Shown: positions 22,809 to 34,639 of the stretch, one piece after another
How the letters are laid out: every line of letters begins with the position of its first letter
How positions within the stretch are numbered: position 1 is the first letter of the stretch
From: Lama glama
Taxonomy: Eukaryota
Assembly: GCA_028534125.1 (NCBI GenBank)
Contig: CM052816.1
Location: forward strand, 4,404,001-4,468,000
Direction of reading: 5' to 3'
Length of the DNA stretch: 64,000 nt
Made by a program: the position numbers and the translations under genes
Notes under the pieces: generated by a model
Database searches by the model: none
Told to the model about the DNA's origin: nothing
The model's input: only the letters and a program-made list of their open reading frames with translations

Positions 22809-23308
22809 NNNNNNNNNNNNNNNNNNNNNNNNNNNNNNNNNNNNNNNNNNNNNNNNNNNNNNNNNNNNNNNNNNNNNNNNNNNNNNNNNNNNNNNNNNNN
22901 NNNNNNNNNNNNNNNNNNNNNNNNNNNNNNNNNNNNNNNNNNNNNNNNNNNNNNNNNNNNNNNNNNNNNNNNNNNNNNNNNNNNNNNNNNNNNNNNNNNN
23001 NNNNNNNNNNNNNNNNNNNNNNNNNNNNNNNNNNNNNNNNNNNNNNNNNNNNNNNNNNNNNNNNNNNNNNNNNNNNNNNNNNNNNNNNNNNNNNNNNNNN
23101 NNNNNNNNNNNNNNNNNNNNNNNNNNNNNNNNNNNNNNNNNNNNNNNNNNNNNNNNNNNNNNNNNNNNNNNNNNNNNNNNNNNNNNNNNNNNNNNNNNNN
23201 NNNNNNNNNNNNNNNNNNNNNNNNNNNNNNNNNNNNNNNNNNNNNNNNNNNNNNNNNNNNNNNNNNNNNNNNNNNNNNNNNNNNNNNNNNNNNNNNNNNN
23301 NNNNNNNN
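22809..23308. other. Assembly gap (500 N)
   Basis: Run of exactly 500 n, probably a fixed-size scaffold placeholder. Confidence 0.99.
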
Positions 23309-24429
23309 TAGGGGTTGAGGAGGCCTAGAAAACACCCGTAAGAGATTATGAATCAGAGTTGACTTACCTCAAATTAAGGGAGGGGCTGGACAAATCATGC
23401 CTTACTGTCCCTTTAGCTCTGAGACCCTTTGCAGGTAACACTGTTCACCAAGAGTAAGTGCGTGAGCTCAGATTCATTTGTGTCCAGCGAGCAAGGGTCG
23501 GCATGCGCCAGCCACCCACTTCACATCCACTGTGACCTATTTAGGAATTGGCTAGAGGGGAGATACTCTAGAGGGAATTGGTGCTCCACATCAGGAGCAG
23601 AGCCTCTGATTTGGAGCACCGTGCTTCTTAGGGTGTGGCCAACTTGGGCACAGGGGAAGCAAATGACCGATCTGGGTAGCATGAACAACAACCTACCCAG
23701 GAACCACTAACGTAAGCGCCTCCTCCTGAGCTGGCTTAGACCAATGGGGTCCACACACAGCTGGTTATGCAGGGAACTCATGGAAACACCTATCCTTAGA
23801 CTCTGTCAGAACAGGATCCTTGTGTATCCAGTCTAGGCTCCGGATAAGCCAGGTAGGGAAGCCTGGACCAAATCTGTGAAAGGAGGGGGGATAACAGTAT
23901 CTCTCTCATAGGTTAAGATGAAGATTCTAAATGAGAAAGGAGGAGAGAGCAGAGGGTTGCTCAATAAATGTTGGTGGTTTTTATTAGAGATGATCACATC
24001 TTGCTCTTGTAAAGAGTAATCCAGAAGCAAAGATCAGAGAGCTTATTCATATTACTGAGCCCTGAATGACAACATGTCCTCCTGTGTTTGCATAAGAATG
24101 GAATTTGGGTGGGACTCAGCCCAAAATAACAAAGTATTAAAGTCAGTGCCTCGTACCGGGACCAGCTGTCAAGAGAGGTGCCGGGGGGGTAGGTGCCATC
24201 CTGGAAAGGACCAGGTGCTCTGGCCTCATACACACCTGGATGCAAATCCAAGAGCTTTCTCTGTTGTTGCTTCTTCTAGGAATTAATTCCCTCACCTGTA
24301 AAACTAGAGTAATTATATCTAAGTTTTGGAATTAAAATAAAAATTAAATGAGGCCTTGCAGTGGGTTCACAGCGGGCAGGCAATAAATGGTAACTCCTCC
24401 AGATCTCCACACCCATGTTACCCACTGTC

Positions 24430-24857
24430 CTCACTATGGATCATGATTTTGTGGAACAGAACTCTGAGCAGGGCTCAGGTGGATGACTCTCATGCTGTAT
24501 GTGACATCACCTGGATTGCTCAGGGGCATTTAGTTGGCAGTTGGTCTGGTCAGAGGTCCCAGAAGACCCATGGAGGCTCACTGTTTGTCACCTTGGTGAC
24601 CACTCTCCACAGAATCACAGGATGTGCACACCTGGACAACAGGGTAGCCGCAATGATTACATGGTGGTCCAGGGCCCCTGGAGATGAAAGGAAATATGGT
24701 CAATCCTCTTAAAGACCAGACTTGCTTTGTATCACTTCCACCACACCCCAGTGGTGATGTCATCACAGGCCAGCCCAGGTTCAGGAAAGCGGAAACAAAT
24801 TTCTTTTCTCACCAGGAAGAGAATCAAAGAATTTGTGGTCATCTTTAATTGGCCATA
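24430..24857 (-). mobile_element. MaLR LTR (MLT1G/H-like)
   Basis: 'tcatgattttgtgg..cagaa...gcagggctcag','tcacttccaccacac','tcacaggccagcccaggttcagg','caaagaatttgtggtcatctttaat'. Confidence 0.7.
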
Positions 24858-25895
24858 GTAGCTAACACTCAGAATAAAAAGAAATTTGAAGCATGGTCAA
24901 TTGGACCAAAAAAATCCATGGAATGGCCATTCTCCAGCCTCGTATTTCTTCCTTCCTCTCTCTACAGTGACTCCTCCATTAAGACAGACCCAATACGCAG
25001 TGACAGGTATCAGCCATCTTGCTAACTAACAAGCAAAATGATACTATTTTGGACAGCACCTTGACTGTGCCATTCATCTAAAGATATCCATGTCTTCTTC
25101 TGCAAACAATAATTAAGCCTCTGGATCACCGTGATGCTCCATTATCTCCTCTGGAGAGACAGAGAAGCACTGAGCCTAGAAGAGTAAATTCCCCAAGGTC
25201 ACAGGGGTCGGTGACGGAGCTGAGACAGAATCCACAGCATCAGCAGCTCGGTCAGCATCTACTTCCCCCTTCGCCAGTGATGACAGCCCGAAAAATCTAA
25301 GGGAAGTCCTGCCTGCCTATTTTCCTAGTGGCTCATTGTCACCTTGCCCCTTAATATCATTCCTGTCCTTGCTTACGACCCTATCTCTGAATCCAAACTT
25401 CTCCAAAGCCAGATGGAGACCATCAGGAGGGCTAGACTCTGTACGTCCCTCACCTCACACTAGTGTCTCCAATTACTCAGGAAGCCATGCACGACACAAC
25501 AGAGGCAGCGAGCAGAGAAAGGCACAGGAGCTGTACTTCCATTCTTCATGGCACAAAGCTCATTTGCTTCACTGTCAAAAAGCAAGAAATTCCAGAGAAA
25601 AGGAAGATAGAAAAAAAATACAAGTGTGGGAAGAAGGGGCATGAGAGAGCAAGCGACTATAAATGATATGCCGCATTCAGCCTGCATCATTTAGCTTTTG
25701 GCAAACTATTGACAGCTGCCAGATCTTTGTCAAATCTTGTCAAGTAAGTGCTATGCCGGCTGCTAAAGCTCACTGGAGTCGTTCAAATTGTTGGGTGAGT
25801 TGGAACAAGAAAAGACATGTCACTTGATGAGTGGACCTTCTTTCCCTGTCCCCTGGCCCTCATGTCCCCAGACCAAGATCATTATAATCATTTTT

Positions 25896-26930
25896 CTAAA
25901 TTGAAGTATAGTTGATTTACAATGTTGTGTTACTTTCTGGTGTATAGCATCGTGATTCAGTTACACATATTATATACACACACACACATTCAAATGTAAT
26001 TTGCAGCCACTATGGAAAACATTATGGAGATTCCTTAAAAAACTAAAAACCGACTTCCCTATAATCCAGCAATCTCATTTCTGGGCATATATCCAGAGAA
26101 AACTCCTCTTAGAAAAGATGCATGCACTCCAATATTCATAGCAGCACTATTTATGTCAGTGGATAGAAAACCCCCAAACTGGAAAGCCAAAAAATGTGTG
26201 GGCAAGCCCACCAAATGGGTGGACAAGCCCCTCACCTCAGATGAGTGGGTTCTTGCCTGCCAACTGAGAAGGAATTCTCAATAGATATTCCTTTACTTTA
26301 CTGCTTTACTGCTCAGAGAGAGGAAAAAAAGGAAACACTCAACAGGGAGCTGTCAGCCAGGTAGCCGGTCAAGACAGCTCCAGCCCCTCGATCTGGACAC
26401 CGGGTCTTTTATTAGAAGGCTCTGCCCTCGTCATCTTTATTCTAGTAGTGCCAATCATCTTCTGTTCCGGGCTCTCTCCTCCCATAAAGCTCAGCCCTAA
26501 AACAGAAACTTCGGCAGGAAAAAAGAGAACAGAGGAAGAGATACTGGGGTGTGTCCTTGTGATCAAGGCAGCAGTTGTGGGACATAAATCGTCCTGTTGT
26601 ATGACTATGTTCTTGGAATTAAGGAGACAGGTGCAGGATAAGAGAAACAACTTGTTTTTTCACAGCCTGGCACTGTCTTTCCCTTGTTGTTAATAAGCCA
26701 GGGTCAGTGTCTGCCTAATCACCTCTCTTATTTACAACAGCCAACAAACACATGGAAGCAACCTAAACATCCATCGACAGATGAATTGATAAAGAAGATA
26801 TGGTATATAAATACAATGGAATACTACTCAGCCATACAGAAGAATGAAATAATGCCATTTGCAACAACATGGATAGACCTAGAGATGATCGTACTTAGTG
26901 AAATAAGTCAGACAAGGACAAATATCATGT
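25896..26930 (-). mobile_element. 5'-inverted (twin-primed) cetartiodactyl L1, interrupted by a solo LTR
   Basis: L1 3' terminus on the minus strand (25896-~25990) joined to plus-strand L1 ORF2-end sequence (~25991-26153 and 26731-26930); TSD atcattttt at 25887-25895 and 26931-26939. Confidence 0.8.
26154..26730 (-). mobile_element. Solo LTR (~577 bp, ERV1-like, probably lineage-restricted)
   Basis: Splits L1 'gcagcactattta|caacagcc'; TG..TA(CA) termini; TSD ttta (26150-26153 / 26731-26734); on the minus strand a TATA-like 'taataaaag' followed by repeated AGTAAA. Confidence 0.8.
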
Positions 26931-27049
26931 ATCATTTTTAAACTAATCTTCCAATAGCCATCCCCACCTCCCAGTCACTCTACCTTACTAGTGCCAGTTT
27001 AATATTAGGATTTCGAGCTTACAAAAAGTAGGACTTAGGCAGGATCTCA

Positions 27050-27360
27050 GAAGTTACCTAGCATCACACTCTCACATCATATGTAGGGAAACAGAAGGAC
27101 CACTAGGGCACGGTGATTTGAACACTGCATAAACTCGGACCCAATATTTAACCCTCTGAGTCTTAGTTTTCTCATCTACAAGATACGGACAACAAACAGT
27201 ACTCACCTCTTGTGTGGTCGTGAGGACTAAGTAGAATCGTGCACATAAAAGGTTTGGAGCTGCGAACTATTTTTACAGAAGAAAACATTTGCTCAAGGTC
27301 ACACAGCAGGTCAAGGACAGAGATGAGCTTAAATCCAGGACTTACAACTTCTACTTCATC
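27050..27360. mobile_element. Cluster of nested MIR fragments
   Basis: Plus-strand 'ttaaccctctgagtcttagttttctcatctac' and minus-strand 'tttgctcaaggtcacacagcagg'. Confidence 0.65.
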
Positions 27361-27364
27361 GACC

Positions 27365-27720
27365 CATTCAATGAACGTTCAGTGTGAGACTATCACATTC
27401 CAGGCACTGTTGTGAGCACAGAAAACTGACTGGCGAATAAGATAGTCTTGGGTCACGTCTCTGCTCAGAGTTTTCAAGGTAGGGAGGATTTATACCTATT
27501 ACAACTGTGGTAAGTGTGAGGGAGGAGAAGGGAGGGGTGCTGTGGAACTGAATGAGAGGAAAACAGCTTGGGCAAGGGCAGTGAGGGAGGACCTCCCCGA
27601 GAAAGAGATGCTCAAGTTGTGAATGAAGGGTGAGCAGGCTTTGGACAGAAGAAGCGAGGGGGCCGAGAAGCCAGTGGAAGATCCCAAAGTAAGAAGAGAA
27701 AGATGTTTTCAGAACTGGGA
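27365..27720 (-). mobile_element. LINE-2 3' fragment
   Basis: 'cattcaatgaacgttcagtgtgagactatcacattccaggcactgttg...gcagtgagggaggacctccccgagaaagagatgctcaagttg'. Confidence 0.65.
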
Positions 27721-28699
27721 AAAAAAAAAAAAAAACCGGCTGCAGTTGGAGCATCCGTCCACCGACAGAGGACTTTCTCTGTCTCCAGCATCCCCTCTAG
27801 ACCCTGTGTCAGCCTGTAAGAGAAAAAAAAGTCCTGATGCCTCTCAGAAGCCTGGTGTTAGGGTTAGGAAGGGGAGACTCTCAGATCTCTGCTTCTGTCT
27901 GGAGCTTTGTAAGTCTCCCTCAGTTTAAGCGAGGTCCAGGGCTAAATATCTTGACTTACTTAAAAGATAAATTAGGTGGCAGTGAAGTAACATGCATTTG
28001 CTTATACAAGTATCTTAGCCTCCACTTGTCTTGTTTCACAGCTTTGATTTCTAGATTACAAGTTGGAAAATCAGCAAGTTACTCAGAAGGAGGGCTGGGA
28101 GGGAAAGAGACACATTCAACCAAGAGTCCACTGAAATCATACCAGCAGACTATTTTTTTTTAAAGGGCACATACAGGATTGCACCCTCTAACTGAACAGC
28201 TCTCCCTCAGTCCTAAGACCATTTATCACTTCTCTTCCCTGCTTCCTCTGTCAGTGCCCCCACACAATCCTCCTTCTTATCGGGTTGAGCCTGCGCTTAA
28301 ATTCTTTTCTGACTATTTCTTTTTCTATCTTTCTTATCTTAACGCAGAAGAGAGGAAAGCTATCCCCAGAAACTCAGGTGCAGCCCTAGTGATGGATTTG
28401 TCCTGGATCAATCATCAGCATTCGGTGAGCTGGAATAGTTTATTCACTGACCTAAGTGAGCAGTTTATTTTCTCAAAAGGTGATGCACTTAGCCTGTGCT
28501 CCCAGCTTTGGAGCCCATTGTTTGGGAATATATACCCAACACTTACTCAAAGCTTACAATTACCAAGAAAAATTCGGTAAACAACTCTAACTCATCTGGC
28601 CCTGGAGATACAAGAAAGCATAAGGGATCTAAGCACAACATCGAATTGCTGGTTCCAAGGGTCATGCAACCAGTTAAGGAAATTAAATAATGGTTATTA

Positions 28700-28915
28700 T
28701 CATACTAACTAAGGTTTATTAGGCCCTGTATCAGGCACTGTGGTTAAGGGATTTACACACACTAACACATTTAATCCTCCCAACAATGCACTTGTCCTGT
28801 TTTACAGATAAGGAAAAGGTACGTTGGAAAAGTTAAATAATGTACCTAAGATCACAGAGATAGGATGAGAATGAAATCTGTGCTGTATAATTCCAAAACT
28901 TGTGCACGTAATCAT
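28700..28915 (-). mobile_element. MIR SINE
   Basis: 'caggcactgtggttaagggatttacac...catttaatcctcccaacaa...ttttacagataaggaaa'. Confidence 0.8.
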
Positions 28916-29054
28916 GTCAGGATGGATATGATGATAAAAGGCAGTATATAAGGTCCACATATTTCAGAGAGAGAATCCTGTAGGGCTGGGGTAAGGGACT
29001 TCCAGAAGCTGCATAAAAGAGGCCCCATCTTTGAAGAATAAAGAGGCCTTAGAG

Positions 29055-29267
29055 CAGGGTCTCTCAAGTCTTGGTATTATTGACATGTTGGCCCAAACAA
29101 TTCTTTGTTGCATGGGCTCTCTTGTGCATTATAGGGCATTTAGCATTATACCTGGCCTCTACCCACTAAATGACCAGTAGAACTCTCCAACTACGACAAC
29201 TTCAAAAGTTTAAAGACATTGCCAGATTCACTTTGGGGGCAAAATAACCCACAGTTGAGAACCATTG
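29055..29267. mobile_element. MER20 hAT-Charlie MITE, full length
   Basis: TIR-like ends cagggtctctcaa / ttgagaaccattg; 8-bp TSD ccttagag (29047-29054) / ctttagag (29268-29275); internal 'cctggcctctacccactaaatg'. Confidence 0.9.
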
Positions 29268-29499
29268 CTTTAGAGGGAGTCAGGGAGCCCCAAGGGCAGG
29301 GGAGGCCCAAGGGAGGGAGGGCAAGCAAAGCCAGAGGAGGTCCGTTGGACCTGAATGTGCATTAAAAAGAAAAATTGAAAAAAGATCGAAGATTACAGCC
29401 AGACTGAAAAGGGCTCTGAATGCCAGGTTAAGAAACTGGGAGCTGGGAGCAGGTGCAGATTTTCGTTTTTAAGAGTTAGAACGGTGTGTACGCCTGACT

Positions 29500-29907
29500 T
29501 CCTGTGCATTAGGGCATGGCCTCAGTCCTGTCCTCTGAATATGCCAAGCACACTTGGGCCTCAGGCTTTTGTATCTATTTCCCCTCGCTGAAATTAGCCT
29601 CAGTTACCTGGAGGGCCCCTTTCATTTCCTTCATGTTTCTATTCAAACATCACTTTATGAAGAAGGCTGGCCCCACCTGTAACTCTCTATCCCCTTATCC
29701 TGCTGAATTTCCTTTCATGGATCTGTCTTTCCTGCACACCAGACCCACTGTGCCATGTATTCATGTACTTAACACTTTGCCATCCATCTTCCCCCAAGGG
29801 AATGTCAGTTCCACCACGGCAAGCGTGTGCACTGCTGTACCCCCAGCATGAGGAACACGTCTTGGCTCATAGCACGTACTCAATAAATACTTGTTGAATT
29901 AACAAAT
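29500..29907 (+). mobile_element. LINE-2 (L2a-like) 3' end
   Basis: Ends 'tggctcatagcacgtactcaataaatacttgttgaattaacaaat'. Confidence 0.8.
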
Positions 29908-30034
29908 TCCTTTGCAAGAAAGGGAATTCATTTTAGGAAGTGTTTCCTAGAAGCCAGGCATCCCCATGTTCCATCTGTAAAGGGTGTGTCTTGAACAAGA
30001 CGGAAGATTCACAACGTGCAGTCGTTTTCCCCGA

Positions 30035-30150
30035 ATCAGTATTAATTTAAGCATAGATTCCTATGAGCCAGCCTAGAGCCAACAAACCAGAGTATCTGGA
30101 GGGTAGGACCTGGAAACTATCTTTGAACACATTCCAAAGTTTATAAGTCA
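30035..30150. mobile_element. MER5A-like hAT fragment
   Basis: 'agattcctatgagccagcctagagcc..accagagtatctggagggtaggacctggaaac'. Confidence 0.5.
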
Positions 30151-30339
30151 CGTGGCAACTCTAATGTTTTGTGAGACAACTACGCCATTGCTCTTTCTGT
30201 TCAACTTCACTTCTTTGGAAGTCAAGATTCAGATGCTCAGAATTAATAAATACAGGGACTATCTTGAGACTCTATGGGAGTGTCCCTCTTGCCCATCACA
30301 ACTTAAATGTTCACACTATATTGACAAAGATCTTAAATT

Positions 30340-31150
30340 CTCACAGCCCTTAATTCATACACAACATTTCACATCCCCAGCTTTTTTTTGATCCTTACAA
30401 CAATCTTCAAGAAAGACAGGGTGGCCATAATTCCCTTCATCTGGTCACCTGATGCAATGAAGACTCAGATTGCTGCAGTGACTTGCCCATGCTCCACAAT
30501 TTATTAAATGTAGAGCAGGGAAGTATCCATCCCTGGGCTATTTCTCCTCCACCATTCAGTTGACCTATTATAATCACTGAATACATTTAATGACACATTC
30601 GAGTTTACTAAAAATTTCCACTAAACCTTATGAAATAAATTTAGTTCAGTAACATTACCTACGTTTTCAGATCAGTAAATCAAGAGGTACAGTGGATAAG
30701 ATGGTTAAACTTTAAGGCTCAGGACCAAATGTCCTATTTCTATCACTTGCTGCATGACTTTGAGTAAGCGACCTATGTGAGCCTCAGTTTTCTTATCTGA
30801 AAAGTGGTGATAATAACTCTTTGGAGTATTGTGAGAATTTACTATCATAATTTATGTAAAATGCATATGGCCTGACACATATATCAAGTATTACTGGCAG
30901 TAACTGAGTTTCTGAAATTGATAAAAAGCAAGAAGGATGTCTCATTGTAATCCTGATACTTAGCCCAGTGGACAGCATTGCAGGAATTCAATACATCCTC
31001 ACTCAACCAAATAATAAAGGAATGAATTACAGAGGTTAAAACTACTTCCTTTGGGTCATACAACTGGTAAATAACAAAGTCAAGACCCAACCTCCTGCCT
31101 TCCAACAAAAAAACCTGGAGTTCCTTATATTCTGCTGGTCCTCTAGCTGT
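30340..31150. mobile_element. Cluster of MIR elements (minus ~30340-30560, plus ~30685-30895, minus ~31025-31150)
   Basis: MIR cores, e.g. 'tgactttgagtaag...tgagcctcagttttcttatctgaaaagtgg' and 'cagtgacttgccca'. Confidence 0.7.
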
Positions 31151-31904
31151 CTCCACCGAGGAGTGTGGTGAAGGCAAGGATTTATCTCACTGTTGGGAAG
31201 AGTCTACATTCGTGAATGTGGAATTGTAAACCACTGGCTCTGAAAAAAATGCCCTGGACCTAGTCGGCCAGCACAGGCTTTGTCCTTATCATCCCAACTC
31301 CCTCCTGGAGGCCCTGGTACCGGGAGCGGTACATGTAGGTATCTGTATTCTCCTGAAACAACAGCAAGGCCATTTAGCCGCTCCTTTCTAATTTAAAGAT
31401 GTTGTCTGTGTCTGCACATCCTTCTGGTTCAGGAGTGGATTTGGAAGGTGAATAGCTAACACGTTCCGGTGAAGCAAGACGGGGAAGGGGTTGCCTAATT
31501 GTGACTGTTCTGTCACATGAGGTTAATCATCCCCTTCCTTCTCTCCTAACCCTTCAGTCATCATCACTACCTCCTCCCCCACCACCTCCCAGTACAGAAT
31601 ACATGCACTTGAACTAACCTAATGCCTCTTCAGTCACTCCTGATGCGAAAAATGTGGTTCTCCAAGCTCTTCCTTCACGCCTGTGTCAAATCTGAATTGA
31701 AGATAACCACGAACCCATGTTAATTTATTGACAGCTCAAGAACTAAGTTCTTTGTAGCCACACTGAATCACACAACAAAGATTATAGTATTCCTAACTCA
31801 ATTTAGATGTGATCATTATTTTGAAGAAGAAGAAAAAAATGAAGAATGTGGATCAATGTGTTTTAGATTCCAAGGATTTTTTTTAATCACAACACAACTT
31901 TGTT

Positions 31905-32070
31905 ACTGAACTAGAATCCTGAAATGTTAAAAGTGATGGAGACATTTAAAAAAGTTTAAAAAAAAAGTGATGGAGACATTAGACACCATTGGATCCAGTC
32001 CTTTCCATTTACAGTTGTGAAAACTGAGGCCAGAGAGAAACGACAGATTTGTCCAGGGCTGTGCAACTTC
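31905..32070 (-). mobile_element. MIR3/MIR-like SINE
   Basis: 'ccatttacagttgtgaaaactgaggccagagag...atttgtccagggc'. Confidence 0.65.
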
Positions 32071-32582
32071 CTTCTGTGTAGCTAGCACAGCATCTTCCCA
32101 GCCTGGCCATCACAGGATTTGTGCCTAAACAAATCCTAACATACACACCAGGAAGCTCTATTTAATACAATTCTCAAGTGGCAAGCATGCAGGGCTATTA
32201 GAGTTGATTAGAAGATAACAAGATGGCCCAGAAGTTGACCCTCTGCTGCCTCCTGGAAAGATGCTCCAGCCTGGGAGACTGTAGGTGGAAGGGAGTTTGC
32301 CAGCTCAGGAGTCGGGGGAGAACAGGACTGCAAGTCAGATGCCAAAGATTACAGGCACATGATGAAGCTTCTCTATTAACTTAAGTGATTGGACATGCTC
32401 AGTCAGGCATCTGGGCTCTATCAGTTATAGATTATCAGTGACATCAGGCACTTACATATGAAGCTGTCCTGGGCTCTCAATGCCAATTGCCGGAAGATAA
32501 GAAGTGGAATTCCAAATGCTTAAAACCCAGCCTTCTGTGGCTGTGAGATACTGGCAGAGGAGTTTGGAAGACTGCCATTTGT

Positions 32583-32618
32583 ACACAGACACACAGACAC
32601 ACACACACACACACACAG
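32583..32618. repeat. (CA)n microsatellite, interrupted
   Basis: acacagacacacagacacacacacacacacacacag. Confidence 0.95.
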
Positions 32619-32994
32619 AGTAGCAATGGTAATTCATATTAGGTTTTGGAAACCATCTCAGAGTCAAGATGCACAGGACCTCTCAAAAGGCTTTCTCTTA
32701 ATCTATTATGTTGAACTTTCTTCCAAGGTTAACCAACAAGGGAACAGTAGGCTCAGAGATTCTAGATGGAGCTAAATCAGTCACACTGGGGTATTGTAGA
32801 ACAGTGGCCTCTGATTGTTGAGCGCACTGGGGAGCCTGCCTGGCCCTGGGATGCAATTTCAGATAAAATATCACAGAGCTGCCAACCATGTTACTACTTC
32901 TCAAAATGTCCCAACATTAGTATTTTAGTGGTTAAAATATGACAAATTTTTATCACTGGCATTATTCTCTACAATAAGAAGTAGAAGGCATAGA

Positions 32995-33222
32995 AATAAT
33001 AGCAAAAACACTAGCTGAACTTTACTGAGATCTTACCACGCACCAAGCACCATGCTAAGTGTCTTGCAGGTACTATCTCGTTTAACTTTCTCTACCAGGT
33101 GACAGGTAGTTAGTATCCCCACTTTACAGATGAGAATACTGAGGTTAAGCATTAACCCCAAATTCGCCCAGGTTACGAGGAGCAGAGCTAGACTAAATGT
33201 CAGGTGAGTCTGTCTCCAGAGA
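32995..33222 (-). mobile_element. MIR SINE
   Basis: 'tttactgagatcttaccacgcaccaagcaccatgctaagtg...atccccactttacagatgagaatactgagg'. Confidence 0.85.
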
Positions 33223-34346
33223 TCTTGAGGTTCAGGAAAGCTGCATTATTTTTGTATTTTTTAAAATAATTTACAGGAAAATTGACTTTTTCTGTGTAAA
33301 ATTTTAGGAATTTTAACACATGTATAAATTCTTGTAACCACAACAGTAAAAATACAGAACAGTTTAATTACCGTCAAAGCTCCTTTTGTAGTCAAGCTAT
33401 CTGTTTTTCGTCACACCTTGTCCCTTATCCTAAGCCCTGGCAACGGTCATTCTCTTCTTCTTCCCTGTAGATTTGTCTCTTTAAGACTGTCATGTAAATG
33501 GAATCATGCAGTATGTAACCTTGGGAGCCTGGCTTCTTTCAGTTAGCACAGTGCCTTTGAGAATCATCCAAACTGCTGCATTTATCAATAATTTGTTTCT
33601 TTTATTGCTGCATTGTATTCCACTGTGTGAAGGTGGGACAGTCTGTTTAACCTTTCAGTCACTGAAGGGCTTGAGACTATTTACAATTTGGAGCAATTAT
33701 GAATAAAGTTGCCATAAACATTCATGGATGGGTCTTTGCATAAGTTTCACTTCTCCAGAGTAAATATTCAGTGGAGGAACTGACGGGTCATATGATTTGA
33801 AGAAACTGCCAAACTGTCTCCCAAAGTGGCTGAACATTTTTCATTCCTACAGGCGATGGAGGAGTATTCTGGTCGTTCTGCACTCTTGTCATCATTTGAT
33901 AGTTCCAGTATTTTAATTTTAATTATTCTAACAGGTGTGTCATTCTTTATCACACTGGAGTACTAATTTCTATTTCCTCAATGAATAATATTGAACATCT
34001 TTTCATATATTTATTTACCACCTATATAATCTCTTTGGTAAGGTTTAAGTCTTCTGCCCATTGCAAAATGTTATTTTTTTCAATTGTTTGGTTTTATTTA
34101 TTGTTGAGTTATGAGAGTTTTTAAAGTCTGGATACAAGGCTTTGGTCAGATATGTGTTTTGCAAATGCTTTCTCCCAATCTTCTTAACAGCATCTTTAAC
34201 AGAGCAAAAAGTTTTGAATTTTGATAAAGTACAGCTTACTCATTTTTTTTCTTTTATGGATTGTACTTTTGGTGTGGGAGCTAAAGACTCTTTGATTAAC
34301 TCCAGGTTCTGAAAATTTTTTGTGTGTTTTTATGTAAATGTTTTTT

Positions 34347-34470
34347 GGGGGAGAGTATAGCTCAGTGGTAGCATGTGCTTAGTATGCATGAGGTCCTGGG
34401 TTCAATCTCCAGTACCTCCATTAAAAATAAATAAACAAACCTGATTAACTCTCTCCAAAATAAAAAAAAA
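34347..34470 (+). mobile_element. Camelid tRNA-derived SINE (Vic-1-like), full length
   Basis: A box 'tagctcagtgg', B box 'ggttcaatctcc', A-rich tail; 16-bp TSD ttatgtaaatgttttt (34330-34345 / 34471-34486). Confidence 0.92.
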
Positions 34471-34639
34471 TTATGTAAATGTTTTTCTTTACATTTTATG
34501 TTTAGATTGATGGTGGGTTTTGATTTAATTATTGTATAAGGTTCACTTTTATTATATATTGTTCCAACACCATTTGTTGAAAGGACGGTCATTCCTGCAT
34601 TGAATTGCTTTTGCAGCTTTGTAAAAAATTAATTGCCCT

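Noticed and set aside
22781..23335. Three long ORFs (173-184 aa), the longest in the track
   Set aside because: Artefacts of translating the 500-N gap.
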